DNA of 62,890 bases, filler included, from Octopus bimaculoides (GCF_001194135.2; 4 parts of 4 records of this genome joined end to end with filler, not necessarily neighbours in it), one strand, 5' to 3'; positions 11,854 through 26,239 are shown, counted from the first letter of the whole stretch. Translations and numbers: made by a program. Notes: a model not told the origin generated them from the sequence alone.

Positions 11854-13644
11854 GATTCTGCCAAGAATACACGCACAAAAAAATTATATATATATATATA
11901 TATATGAAAGTGTGTCAAAGATGTTCTTCCTACAGCTGGTCCTTTATAGAACCTGAAAAAGAGATATAAAAAATAATTTATAAACAAAAGAAATATTTCA
12001 AAAAATAGTTAGAATTACAAGTAAAACAAAAGAAAACCCCTAAATATAAAATTATGATCCAGATGATGAATATGTGATAGAGCAGATCTCAGATCCTTAG
12101 GTGAGAGATTTTCATTTTTTTATAAAATGTAGTTCAGTGTCGTTTAGCTGTGAACTACATGGTTTTGTGATTGACTTCCTTGTGCAGAAATTTAAGTAAT
12201 TTGTAAGCGGTCTTAACTGAGTTTACTCTATTGCAAGTATCTCAGTCAGTATCTGGCTTTTGGGTGACGTTGGCAGTGCTGAAAAGGAACATGGTTGCTG
12301 CTCAAAGCTTTTAAAACTGAAATAGACAAACCTTGGTAAAGCAGATCTGTAATCTCTTTAGGTAATCCACCAATCAGTGTTTTCTCTTTAAGATGGTAGA
12401 GTGATTTAAATGAAAGTTAACTGCCATTTTAAGCTCTTTCTAATAGGTCACTAAAATAAATATAAAGTTTGTGTTGGATGTGTCATATCCTTCCATCTAC
12501 CATATAGTAGAGGTATCATCACTTGTGCTTACTCACTCTCTCTCTCTCTCTCACACACACACACTTGCACGCATAGTCGCATGCACACACACACACAAAT
12601 GCATGCACACACACACATGCATGCACACACTCACATGCACACACAAACACACAAAGTAAAGACAGCCAATGACAGCTGATTCAACAAATTATAAATGAAT
12701 GTCATTTTATACCCCAATCGATCTACATATATGTATCTCACACAGACACTATGCCAGTGATTTGAAAAACACTTTAGTCAACTGAGATTAATGCAAGCAA
12801 TGAATAGACAAAAACTTTTTCTAAAGATGTTTAAAATTTAACAACAAATGAAATAACTCTAATAAGTTCTAGACAATATAGACTAAATAGATTTCAGTGG
12901 ATCCCAAAACTTAGCTGGTGAATGCAACAAACATTCTTCCATGTCAGTAAGGCATAATCTACTCAGGTATAAGACAAACAGTTTACTGCTTTTGTTGATT
13001 TTATCAGGTCAGATCACATCATCCTGAAGCATTATCCACTCTATCTAACAATCAAATAGCTTTATTATGAAACATTAAATGGAAATCAACAGTTACAAAG
13101 TTTAATTTGTGCTTTCCTTTGTTGCAGGAGAGATAATTCGAAGTAAGTAAATGGTGAATGAACAAATAACTGCAACAGATGTTTGAAAAATAAGAAGAAA
13201 AGTCACTGGCGCCACCACCACCACCATCATCATTATTATTATTTAATACTCACTTTTCCAAACTTACATGGGTCAGACGAATTTGTTGAGGCTGATTTTC
13301 TATGGCCTCACATGTTTCCAAGTAAGGTAATTCTTTTCCACATGGCAAGACATGTTTCTAACAGAAACAAACAACTTTGTATAGCAATGATGCTCATTTA
13401 CAACTATCATCTAATGTCCAGGCGAGAACACACACACACACACACACACACATACATAATGGGCTTCTTTCGTTTCTATCAAACAATTTGATGGACAAGA
13501 CTCTTGTCAGCCCAAGGCTAGAATAAAAGACACTTGCCCAAGGTATTGCACAGTTAGACTAAACCCAAGACCACATAGTTGGAAAGCAAGCCTTTTAACC
13601 ACACAGCCACACTTGTGCCTATTATATAGATTTAAAAAAAAGAA

Positions 13645-14585
13645 ATAGGCAAAGTCATAAATATCACAAAATTGCCTCCTTTAAATAAAGTACACAAAGA
13701 AAAAAAAGAGTGACTTTGGCAAAAAGATATATGAAGACAGACTTTACAAATGTAATTTTTACTGACGAGTGCAAAGCAACATTAGATGGGCCTGATGGAT
13801 GGGCAAGAGGCTGGGTGTTACATGGAAAAAGTCAACCAGCATGATTAAGAAGACAGCAGGGTGGTGGAAGAATCATGTTTTGAGCTGGTATAGTTGGAGG
13901 AGACATTATAGGCCATTCACGGATGCTGACGGAGTTCAAATAAATGCTGAAAATTATTGCAAGTTTCTAGATGACAACTTCTTCCATTGGTACAAATCAA
14001 CATTGTGAAGTTTCAAGTTAAAGAGCATATTTATGGATGATAATGCCCCTTTACACTCTGCCAAACTCACTATTAACCATTCAGCTAAGAAAGATTTTAA
14101 ACAACATAACATAATGGAATGCTCCCCCACCCCCACCCAATCTCCAGATCTAAACTCAATAGAGAATTTGTGGTAGGTTATTAAAAAAGATGTATATTCT
14201 ATTGGTAAACCATATCCAAATAAGGATTTATTATTGGAAGCAACAAAAACTGCTGCAAGTAATATCAAAAGTGAGATTATTGAGAAATCGACAAAATCAG
14301 TTGATGAGAGAATATTTAAAGTTATAGATGGTAAAAGAGGCTATATAAAAATGTAAAATATATACATAATTGTTTGTAAATATAATTATATGGTGGAAGA
14401 TATATGTATATATTAATGGTCTGGTTATGTATTGTTCTATATGTAAATGACATTACATGTAGTTTGTATATTTGTTAATTTGCATAATAAAGAAAAACAC
14501 CTTATAAATGTGTTTTTCGTCATTTCTGCTTTAAATGTACAACAATTTAGACGAAAAGTACATGACACATGGGATACATAATCCT
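13645..14585 (+). mobile_element. Tc1-family (DDE) transposon remnant
   Basis: Fragmented frames give DFTNVIFTDECKATLDGPDGWARGW, FMDDNAPLHSAK and SPDLNSIENLW, the three Tc1 catalytic motif regions. Confidence 0.9.
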
Positions 14586-14678
14586 ACATATCCTGTAAAG
14601 ATTTCAAGAAAATTAGATAAGGGGTTTTGATTTTATTGAGGAATGATAGACCTGTATAATAAAAGGAAACAAAGCGTA

Positions 14679-14765
<87 letters not shown>

Positions 14766-17034
14766 AAACATATCCACACTTATATGTATAAATGTCTTTG
14801 CATATATACATGTGTACACTCACATACATATGTCCATATATAGAGAGTGCATATGAAAAATTTCATCTAATGAAATTAAGTAATAAGTAAGTATGTTAAC
14901 TACTTCGGTTGGTTTACCACTAAAACACTGATTTGAACTGCAACTAAAACAAATGTGGTATTGTAGCTTCCTAGCAATGAATATAAGTGGGTTATCATTG
15001 AGCGGGTATATCTATATTAGAAAGAACAAATGAACAAGCAAAACATCTGGTATCCATTTAGAACATATAATTTATAATTAAAACATAATCACAGAGTTGT
15101 TAAGTAATGCATAAAATCTCTTACAGTTGTTTCTAGAATAGCTGTGCATATAGTTCATAAATCATTGAGCAAAAATTTCCATATAAGCTAACTTTTCCAT
15201 CATCAGAGAGGAAGAATTAAGAAATATCCTTAATAAAGTCTATTGAAATGATAAAAACACAAACCCTTTTGCTGAAAATAAGTGCCGGGTAAGAACAAAT
15301 AAAAAGGGAACACACACACGCACACATACATATGAGAAACTTCTATACAGTTTCCATCTATCACATTCACTCACCAGACATTGGTCAGCTGGAGCTGAAA
15401 CAGAAGACGCTTGCCCAGGATGCTGCACAGTGGGAGTGAACTTGAAACCACATGGTTGCAAAGTGAGCTGCTTACACTCTGTAGTTGTTCTGTTTTTTTA
15501 GAATAAGCTTTTCAACAAATATATTGAAAGAATATGCTGAGTACATGGATATAAATTTTTAGAAGAATTTATGTTTATAGTTGGATATTTTGCCTCTACC
15601 AACCATCAACCACTTAAACAAACATGATATGGGGGTAGGTGCAACTTGGAGTAAACAATATAATGTGAGCTATCAAAAGGGACAATTGTAATAGGATATA
15701 ATAAGAAATAAGATAATTACATGGCAATTTAGAAATATCTGTGTAGTTAATTAATTACACAGATATTATCCACCCAAAAAATAATTACTATTACTTATTC
15801 ATGGAAACTTTTTCCACACATTTTGAAACTTTTCTTTTATTTAGACACACATACACCTTCAGACAGAAAAGAAGAGAAATGAGAATGTGTGATATTCACG
15901 TCTTTCTCAATAGCATAAACAACATTATTGCGTTGGATATTAGTTAAGTTAACCCCAGGACATGTGGAGGTAGTTAACTGATTGAAAGTTTGGAGTCATG
16001 AACTGAATCTATGACATTTCTTTATTCTCAGTCAATTATTATTGTTGTTGTTGCTTGATCAAGCAGACCAAAGACATTCCATTTGTGGCCAATTCCTCCA
16101 CTACATATTTCTATCTTGATGTCTCTTGGCAAACATTATCAAAGGTGCTATTCCATTTTTAAGATGATAGTGTGTAGTTTATGGGAGATTTGCCTGCTAT
16201 TTCTAGTGGGTTGAATGACTCCACAGCATAGGAATAGGGAATCTTTTTAGTACCATGATCAAATTGTAAATGCATAAGAATTTGTTTAGGTACACATGCA
16301 CTGTGAAAAATAGTGAACTTTTAATTTTACATATTCAGAGTTATGTAACTTATAACATAAGACTTAAACTGTTTTTTTACATGTGGGCTTTTAGAGTCAA
16401 CAGTAAGCAGATCCAAATATACATGTGGATAAAATTTTATCCACATGTAATGGTATTCCCACCCTTGACATACAAGCTCTCTCACTGGCACATCAGTCAA
16501 TGCTATTTTCAGTAATGCACTCTCTGTTGTTTAGAAAAGACATTAAAGTTCCCACTTACTATAGCTCTTAAATATATCGGGTATCATGCCTACGTAAAAA
16601 CCAATTACCATAACTCATTAAGACATTTGATTATGGTTTGATTTTCACTCATCAGTTTGCCCTTCCCCTAAAATTTTCAGTTCTGATCACTGTAGAATAG
16701 TGGTAAATATTCAGCAGCCTGAATGTGTGATGCAGATTCATTCCTAGTTGAGACATTTGAATTAACTTATTCCAAGATACAATATCAAGTCATATAGATA
16801 TCTTACACTACACCTCACAGCCACCATAAAATCCATCAAATCGATTGGTTTAGAGTTGCTTACTAACACTCTATCTATCTTCTAACATTTCTCCTGCTTC
16901 TACAAGTTAGCTTGATTCATGCCGACTCCACCCAAGCCCACATAACTCACTTCTTTCTCTTTCTCTACCTTACCTACCTAAGCCCTGCACTAACCACAGA
17001 TTTCATAGCATTGTGTCAATATGATTCAAGATAT

Positions 17035-18290
17035 CATCGGGGAAAAGTGTATATGCGATGATAGTGGCACAACATCATTGAAGATGAGAAGAAAGAAGCT
17101 CAGAAATATTAATTTGAGAGGTTGTTGAATGTAGAGAATGCATGGGAAAAAGAGAGACTAACCCAAGTAGACACAACTGAATGCAGGAAAATTAGTGCTA
17201 GACTATAAGGAAAAGTTACTGATGTGTTGACAATATCTGTGCCACTGCTTGTGTAGTCCACCAGATAGTTTAGAGATGGGTCATACCCAATGACTGGCAT
17301 GCAGTTGTTTCAAAGAAAAAGGAGATGCTCTAGAAAGAGACATGAAACTGATGGACCAAGGTATGAAAGTAACATAACTAATTCAGTTAGATGCTCCTCA
17401 TAGTGAGACAGCTACAGGAGAAAATAATTAGTAGAAACTCTGTACGGTGTACTAATTATAAAACATGGGTGTACAAGAGAGGCTCTGATTCATTAATAAG
17501 CTAACAGAATATTTCATAATTAGTAGTAAGAGAATCCATGTAATGTATTCTTTCAAATGCTTGGATGGCTCCTTTGTAAATTGACAGCTACCATTACTTA
17601 AAGCATCATTCTTGAGTCCTATGGACTCATAAGGGCTGGTTTTCATAGTGTATGTATATATTTATGCTGGCCCATTGCAGGATTACTCATTTTTGCCAGT
17701 TGAGTAGACTGGAGCTATGAAGTGCTTTGCTCAAGAACACAATACGTCACCCAGTCTAGGAATTGAAACCACAATCTTACAACATGTGGCCAACGCCCTA
17801 ACCACTAGGCCACATGTCTCCACATTACTTAAGTGATCTAATTAATTATGATGGATGTTCTGCAAACATACCAACCAGAGTACGAACATGGTGGAAAAAG
17901 TTCAAGGATCTATTACCTCTGCTGGTAATAAGCGGGTATTTTCTCTCCAAGGAAAGAGCAGATTATATGAATCTTATGTGCAAAATGCAGTGTCGCATGG
18001 TTGAAGAACATAGGTATTGATTACAGAGGATGTGAAAGACTAGGAAGAAATGAAGCAAGCATGTTCCGTAGGATATGTAATATTAGTGTGTTTGCATGAT
18101 AGAATACAAATGTGCTAAGAGAAAAAATTGAGTATAAGAAGAATCACATGATGCATGCAAAAGTAATATTACGTGTTGATATGGAGATTACAAGATAGAT
18201 AAAGAAATGTCAAGTGGTACAAGTGGAATCTTTGAAAGAAAAAGACATGTGAAGAAGTGAAAACTTATCTCCAGACACTGAATCTTATGA
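17035..18290 (+). mobile_element. Decayed RTE-clade LINE fragments interrupted by a SINE (~17660-17815)
   Basis: ERLLNVENAWEKE, a KLMDQGMKV-like segment and RVRTWWKKFKDLLPLL resemble RTE reverse transcriptase regions. Confidence 0.7.
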
Positions 18291-19697
18291 AGATGAAAAG
18301 CTTTCAAAGTATGCTTTTTATCTCATGCAACTCCACTTCTGTTACCAATTGACTAGAATAACTCATGTTTTTTTTTCTTTTATGTTCCATTAAAATGTCA
18401 CATCTAAATCAATTGTTGTCTGTAATTGGTTGACACATATAAACATGCTAATGAGGTTACTATGGAAGTGATTTTAACTATGATAAGATATTGATTTTTT
18501 TTTTCTATTAACACAAAGCCTTAAATATATATATATGCCTATCTCAATTGTATAAGTCATACTTTTTTTATATAGTGGTCCTGGGGAGATTAGTTACTTA
18601 GGTTCAACTCCAGTTATGTCCTTTTCAACAACCGACTTGTAACCAATGTTATATTATATGGGCAGTATCGTTGCTAAGTTGATACAGTGCTAGACAGCTA
18701 TTGAGCTGGTTAACTATGTCAACTCCCATCACATTACTGGCTATTTGTTGAACCTAGTGGAAGAGAAGACAAAGTCAATCTTGTCAGGATTTACTCTGGG
18801 AAGCTAGAGAGATAAAGCTAAACACTCTAAGATACTTGTTCTGTTGCTCTACAACCATTTCTTGAAATGGTTAATGTGATGTTTGTTTTGTTATTTTTTA
18901 CAATGGCTTAATCAAAGGCAGAAGGGTAGCACTCACAATCGTTTCTTGGTCCTCTGAAAGTAATGGGAAAAAGAAAGTTATCTTCTCACTGGCTTGAATA
19001 CTTGCAACAGAGTAGTTCCTGCTAAAGTTATCCAAGGGCCAGGTAGTGGTATTAACTGAATGACAAATTAAGTGTATAGTCCAAGAACAGGAACAATCCC
19101 TGCAATTGCCTTCCACAAAATTTCTGTCTAATTTCGCTAACAAGTTTTTGATTGAACTTAGGCTGTTAGGTGTTGCATAGTGGGATTGAAGCTAAAACCA
19201 CATATAAAGTAAACTTCTTAACCATGCAGTCACACTAAGCTACACATCTTAATCATACAGCTATACTTGTGTTCTTTATGTTCTTTCAGTAGATATATTA
19301 TGTTGAGTATAAAAGGGGTGGAAGAAATTCAGGAAGGTGTTTCTCTCCTTCTGCAAAAAAGTTGGCTCAGTAAAATGTAAGATGTTGCATTGCGTTATGC
19401 CACCAGCATTAGGGTGGAGTGAAAAAGGTACTTTTTACACAGATTTTCAAAATATGTTTTCAAGAATATATTTTTTATTGCAAAATCCTTTAAAAACAAC
19501 AGTGTCAAAATCTGAAGTTCTTAAATTTATATCTTCAGGCTCTACAGCCCACTTGAAATTTTGAATGAGTGAAGAATCAATTCATAACATGTTTGCTGTT
19601 CCTCATTTTATTTTTTACATTCATTGTTACAAATTGATTTTCTTTTGTGAAATCCTTTAAAAACAAGGGTGTTAAAATCTCAAGCTCTAAAATTTAT

Positions 19698-19797
19698 NNN
19701 NNNNNNNNNNNNNNNNNNNNNNNNNNNNNNNNNNNNNNNNNTTAATTAATTAANNNNNNNNNNNNNNNNNNNNNNNNNNNNNNNNNNNNNNNNNNNN
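19698..19797. other. Artificial scaffold spacer N44-TTAATTAATTAA-N44 (also 28599-28698 and 58036-58135)
   Basis: Three identical 100-bp spacers containing a six-frame-stop linker. Confidence 0.95.
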
Positions 19798-20724
19798 ATA
19801 TATATATATATACGTAAGTATGTATGTGTGTGTGTGTATAATATTTATCTTGAATAAAGAGTTAGAACATAATTTGAAGTATATGGAAAGCGAGTTGATG
19901 AAATGGAGGGCGGAAGCTAGTTACGTGGTTGGGTGTTTAGATAGGTGTTAAACAGCCAGCAAGTCACATAGGCATATTGCAGAATATAGAGACATGCATA
20001 AAAATTGAGAAATAGTGAGGTAGAAGTATCCATAAATAGATAGAGCTGAAAAGATAAATAGGTATATTAGCACATGAAATGAAAAGACCACACCAACATA
20101 TAAAAGATGATAAATCCCACAGATGATTTAGCTTCTCCTTCTCAAATTTTCAGCACAGCAAAACGGATTTCCACGGTGTAAGTTGGTTTTCGTTATAACT
20201 CACCTGAAGAGTGATTTACTCAAAAATGTCGCAAAGCTATAACAACAATACATTAAATGTATACATCAACTTACCTTTTATTGTACTACAGTGAAATCTA
20301 ATGTCAGGTATTCAGTGGTATTGCCTTTTATACAAAAGAATTACAAAATTGTGAGAAAGACACCTGCAATAATGACGTATGTATATATAGTTACTGCATG
20401 CACAGATGTAATTGCGTTCGCTATGCCAATGCCCAAATATATGCCGAATATTATTAATATAAATAGCTTCACATATAGAAATTATAAATAGCGTAAATAG
20501 CGTAAATAACATTACTCATAAAATTAAACTGGTTAATGATATTCTCAGACATATTACAGATATTCAGACGAGCATGTATATATGAATATAACGCATATAA
20601 GAATAAATACAAGATTCAAAGAATGCAGGCTGCTATTATGAATCAAGTCCCTTACATATCCATACTTGACGTGACAGAAAGTGTAATTACCAGTTTATAA
20701 GTACTCATGACTGTCAATATAACA

Positions 20725-20759
<35 letters not shown>

Positions 20760-21102
20760 TATGTNNNNNNNNNNNNNNNNNNNNNNNNNNNNNNNNNNNN
20801 NNNNNNNNNNNNNNNNNNNNNNNNNNNNNNNNNNNNNNNNNNNNNNNNNNNNNNNNNNNNNNNNNNNNNNNNNNNNNNNNNNNNNNNNNNNNNNNNNNNN
20901 NNNNNNNNNNNNNNNNNNNNNNNNNNNNNNNNNNNNNNNNNNNNNNNNNNNNNNNNNNNNNNNNNNNNNNNNNNNNNNNNNNNNNNNNNNNNNNNNNNNN
21001 NNNNNNNNNNNNNNNNNNNNNNNNNNNNNNNNNNNNNNNNNNNNNNNNNNNNNNNNNNNNNNNNNNNNNNNNNNNNNNNNNNNNNNNNNNNNNNNNNNNN
21101 NN

Positions 21103-21166
<64 letters not shown>

Positions 21167-21553
21167 ACAATACACCCCGTACAGCTTAATTCTTTGTGAG
21201 ATTCAATCATACATTGGGGAAAGTAATAATATAGCCTCCGGTTCATTTGTACAAATCAATGAAATTTAATAAATGAATATTAATTGATAACGCTGAAACG
21301 ACCCAAGGCAATCACATAATTACTTAGTAAATGAACTTCTAATATCTTTTACAAATTAAATATAATTCTGAAGAATTTTGGAACTATAGGTAATTATAAA
21401 ACAAATACCATTAATATGCGAAGAAATATATATATAAAAAAGGAACGACAATTAAAAACAAAATATAAATGCGTTAAGATGTTTAGGAAAGTAAGATTAA
21501 TAATTATACTTGCTATTAAAATAACATTAATTAAAGAGTATATATGTATTTAT

Positions 21554-21638
<85 letters not shown>

Positions 21639-22290
21639 CACACACACGCACACACACACACGCACACAATGTAGACATTTCTATGTGCATCCGCGTGTAT
21701 ATATACGTGTATTGAGCTGAATCATTTAGGCATCACTAATATGATTTGAGTTGAGAAACGTTTTTGGAATGTTTGGGAAAATAAGACTTCCTATAGTGCA
21801 TCCTGATTGGGTGTAATACAAACGGATGAACTCGTAACAGTTATTAATTATTTTCTTCCAATACTTTTGCTTTGGAAACATAAATTATAGTGTTAGCGAT
21901 ACAAATGGCTGAATTGTGGAGATAAAAAAAAAACCCTAGCAACAACAGAAAACAGAGGAAATGAATTTATAAGAATATACAAAAGTGTGAATAGGCAAGG
22001 GAGAATGAGTTGACTAGAAGAGAAAAGAAGGTAAAACATTTTTTTCTCATCTGTTGTCAAAGTACTGACTACCTTCCTTCCTGTGCCTTATTATTCGCCC
22101 TCCAAAACAGGTGAATGGTAGGAAAGATGATGTTCTCACATTCAGAAGACTGGCCACAATATCTACATCAATTTTTGCTCTACTAAAGTCACCCAAGTTT
22201 CCAAGAGATGGTGTTGAACAGGGTGGTGGATTAAGTGTTTGTGTGTGTGTGTGTTTGTGTGTGTTTGTGTGTGTGTGTGTTTGTGTGTGT

Positions 22291-22580
22291 ATACGAGGGT
22301 AGGTGATAAGTTAATAGCACGACCAAGGTCATCTCATAGAATATGACTAAATGAGGATTATTTGTCAATATAGTCACACTTGCAGTTCACATATTTCTTC
22401 TATCGGTGTTATGTCATCATTAGTGTGATATTGGTTCCTAGCGAAGTGCTGTTTTAACGTTGGGGAACATATGATAATCAGATGGCGCAAAATCATAAGA
22501 ACAGGAAGGGTGATCGATCTCTTCAAAGCCACAGTCATGCACAGCAGCCATTCACTTCTATGTTGTAGCATCGTGTTTTA
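22291..22580 (-). mobile_element. mariner transposase 3' remnant with terminal repeat
   Basis: Minus strand IDHPSCSYDFAPSDYHMFPNVK corresponds to HPPYSPDLAPSDYHLF; ends at tacgaggg, a mariner-type TIR end. Confidence 0.85.
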
Positions 22581-23197
22581 CTGAATAGCAATACTTTTGT
22601 ATTGTACTCTTTAATAATATTTTCTTTGAAAACTTTTTCACTGCTCTCGGTTCTGTTAACGGCTCAGGAGTTCAGGCAAATATGCTGGCACTGATGTAGC
22701 AGCATTCAAAATTTTGTCTGGCAAATCTAGCTGAAGAGGAATAATCAAATTTACGCTAAGAAACGTATTCTGGAGATTTCAAAAAAAAAGTCCTAGATTA
22801 TCCACATCTGATCTGTACATTTATATAATGTTCTTCTTACAGGTAAAATTATTTTTTTTCTGTTCACTGCCCGCAAACATCTTTGCCAGTATATACACAG
22901 TGAAGCTTTACTCTAACGCCAAATATTATGGACTGCTATTTCCAGTAAATATTGGTGCATTGTTGGACCACTATACTATCTATCTATATATATATATATA
23001 TGAATAAATAAGTAAATAAATACATAGGCGTATATCGAAGATATACATAAATAAATATATTTAAGGTTTATTCTGTTAGGAAAGTAGTAGAGTACAAAAT
23101 AGAACGCGTTCACCCTTAGAATTACCAAATAGCCGGTAGTATTACAGTACACTTAGAAGTTTAGGTTTAGGCTTCCATCGTGTGTGAAAATAAAATT

Positions 23198-23521
23198 GAA
23201 TAAAATAGAATCAAGAAGGAATACGGTTACACAGCTATTTAATAAACACTACACTTGTTTCAATGAAGCATAGATCCACATACACACAGGACTTAAAGTA
23301 AGGAACGTTGTACCTGTATAATGGGATCCATTTGTATGTCCTCAGGTGATATACAATTTCTGCCCCGTTACTAAACCATTGACTTCGATGCTAGCACATC
23401 CAACACGCTCATTTGCATCTAGTAGAGGCTGGCAGTTTATTCCGGTCGATCGCTGTCAACGTGCATCTGCACGCTCGGCATGAGCGACATTGGATGCACT
23501 GGCTGTTCACTTTGTTTCACA
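23198..23521. repeat. ~320-bp repeat, inverted partner at 24590-24897
   Basis: Alignable by eye over the full length, e.g. gaataaaatagaatcaagaaggaatacggttacacagctatttaataaacactacac versus the reverse complement of 24840-24897; clearly diverged. Confidence 0.9.
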
Positions 23522-23524
23522 TGT

Positions 23525-23612
<88 letters not shown>

Positions 23613-23829
23613 ACAAGACTAATGAGTGATTAAGATACATAAATGTCAATTGGAATCATCCACCATCCATAACCAAGGGAATAATTAAGAACATGGCTGC
23701 CAGAATATCAAGATTATCAGCTGCAGAGGAAAAATATAACCAACATTACCCATAATAATAGGTCGCATTATAAATCTTTACGAACCTCCTCATGGTAAAA
23801 TTTTCATTTCCTTTCTCAACACAGTGAAG

Positions 23830-24330
23830 CGCTAGCTAGGTCCGGCTACAAAGGAAAAATCAATTTTGAAAATAAGGAAATCCCGAATAACAATAGCACA
23901 AACACAAGTAAGGTAGAATACACACATAACGTGAATGACATCAGCAAACGAATAACAATAAAAAGGGGGGAAAACCCGTGGAACAAAGGAGAGATAGGAA
24001 GAAGACATATATAACCCCAAAGAATAGAAATAATTGGAATATAGACGCACATAATCACCACAACTCACAAAACAGGATGAAGGAACCAAACAAAAGGTAC
24101 AATTGTATAATCCAATTTTTGGACTCCAAATATCGTCCAATATAGTTAAGAAATTCATTGCAGCATTACACCGATGCTTCCCTAAGTCACATAAATACTA
24201 CCGTTTGTTCAAGTAACACACACAGAAAATATCGTACGCAACGTCTTACAACGTGGAGTACTACATACATAAATACAATAACAGGAAATTAAACATACAA
24301 ACGACGTCTGCTGGCAGAGAGCAAACAAAT
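23830..24330 (+). mobile_element. Penelope-like RT C-terminal remnant
   Basis: KKFIAALHRCFPKSHKYYRLFK*HTQKISYATSYNVEYYIHKYNNRKL resembles PLE FL.LI.KHFP..H.LHKIFNRNT.KVSYSC..N...II..HN.K.L, preceded by a WYNPPF-like segment. Confidence 0.75.
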
Positions 24331-24899
24331 CAAAACATCATAGGTTTTGAGGTCAATAACAAATATAAACAACCCATAGACCTTAAAAACTCAGATATCG
24401 TAAAAGAAGATGGCAACAGACTTGAAATGAATCACCGAAAAAGATCCAGCAAAGAAGATTGCCAAAGCCACAATGCTTGAGACACTAACAATCAAACAGA
24501 ACATCATGAAAAACAGAATCAAAAGTCCACCAGAAAAACATAAAATAATAATCGTACAAATAACTGCACCGAAATAACAAAATTTAGCACGTGAAACAAA
24601 GTGTATTCAGTGCGGGTCATGTCAAGCGTGCTGTGGTACTTTGACAGCGAACGAAATGGAAGTACCAGTGTCTACTAGATTCAAACGAGCCTGATGGATG
24701 TGCTAGTATCGAAGTCAAAGGTTTACTGACAGAACAGCAATTGTATATCTCCTAAGAAGATGCAACTAGATCCCGTTATACAGGTAAACCGTTCGTTACA
24801 TTAAATCCTGTGTATATGTGCATCTATGTTGTAACGAAACGTGTAGTGTTTATTAAATAGCTGTCTAACCGTACTCCTTCTTGACTCTATTTTATTCAA

Positions 24900-24934
<35 letters not shown>

Positions 24935-26239
24935 NNNNNNNNNNTGTGTGTGTGTGTGTGTGTGTGTCCTGTGCCGCTTAAAATCATTCCAATATCACGC
25001 GATGAAAGTAATACCATTGGTACAAAGGTATTTCACCTTATGTGATACCTTCCTGTTACACGTAATAATAGGTCGCATTATAAATCTTTACGAACCTCAT
25101 CTTGGTAAAATTCTCATTTCCTTTCTCAACACAGTCTTCCCTACAAGATATCAGAAAATATTTTCAGTTTATTTGTATATGTTGTAGTGTTTTGTATTCA
25201 TATCTTTTGTGAGAGAAGCGTAACTGATGGTGATGTTTTCAGTTATTTCTCCTGCGTTCTTCGTGATGATTATACAGCTTTAAGCATTTCCGTTAATCGC
25301 ATTCTATTCTGATGACAGGTATGTATGTTTGTAGGCATGAGTGCAAGTGGGTGTAATTTTATTTTATCCAATCGTTTCTTGACTACGATGCTGCGTCAGT
25401 CATTCAAGTGTGTGTGTGTGTGTTTGTACGCACATATTCCAGTATCATTGTACAAGTTGTTCTTGATGATAATAATTTTATTTTGCTGTTTCAATTGTCA
25501 ATGTATTCACAAATACTTTGTAATGAAGTTGACAGGCGTTTTAATAACTGCACTAATATAGGCAATATTTCATTCCTACATTCTCCTGATACGTTCACAT
25601 GTTGGAAGCAATTGTTGTGTCACATGTGTCGCCATTGACAAGATTTTATCAGTTTCCAATGAACTACTAAATCCATTCGCCGCTAATAGATTGGATGTGA
25701 TTATTGTGTCGACCCGTATAGAAGGTTTCATGCAAAGGAAATTTTTACGGTAATATATGTATACGCTTAAAACAAACACTGACCTGCAGCTGCTATGTGA
25801 CTGTTCTTGGAAATTAGATTTTTTAATTAAAGAACGGCCAATGGAAACACATTTAAGACAACAATGTAAAATGTATATAGAGTTATGTAGATTTTTATAG
25901 ATTTAATAGATTTAATAAGCAGTCATTACTCACGATTGAATATGATTTGGTTAGAGGAAAAATGATTTTGCTATCTGTTAAGCTTTATAATCTTGAGCAG
26001 ATATAAAGAATGTATCGGGCTTCCTCATACTCAACCTAGTGTACATGTGGAATTTTACAGCTGGAGTGAACAAGAAATTCCCTAGCTGGTACGCCTTTAC
26101 AGCTGAGTAGTCTGAAGTGCCTTGCTCAAGATTATAACGAGATATCTGCTTTTGGAATTGAATTGAGAATCGCATTATTATGAGCGAGATTTTCCCGATG
26201 AAAACTAAACTTAACCTACGCAACAAACACAAAATTTAA

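Noticed and set aside
25576-25779. 67-aa ORF in unique sequence
   Set aside because: No recognisable motif or supporting splice signals.
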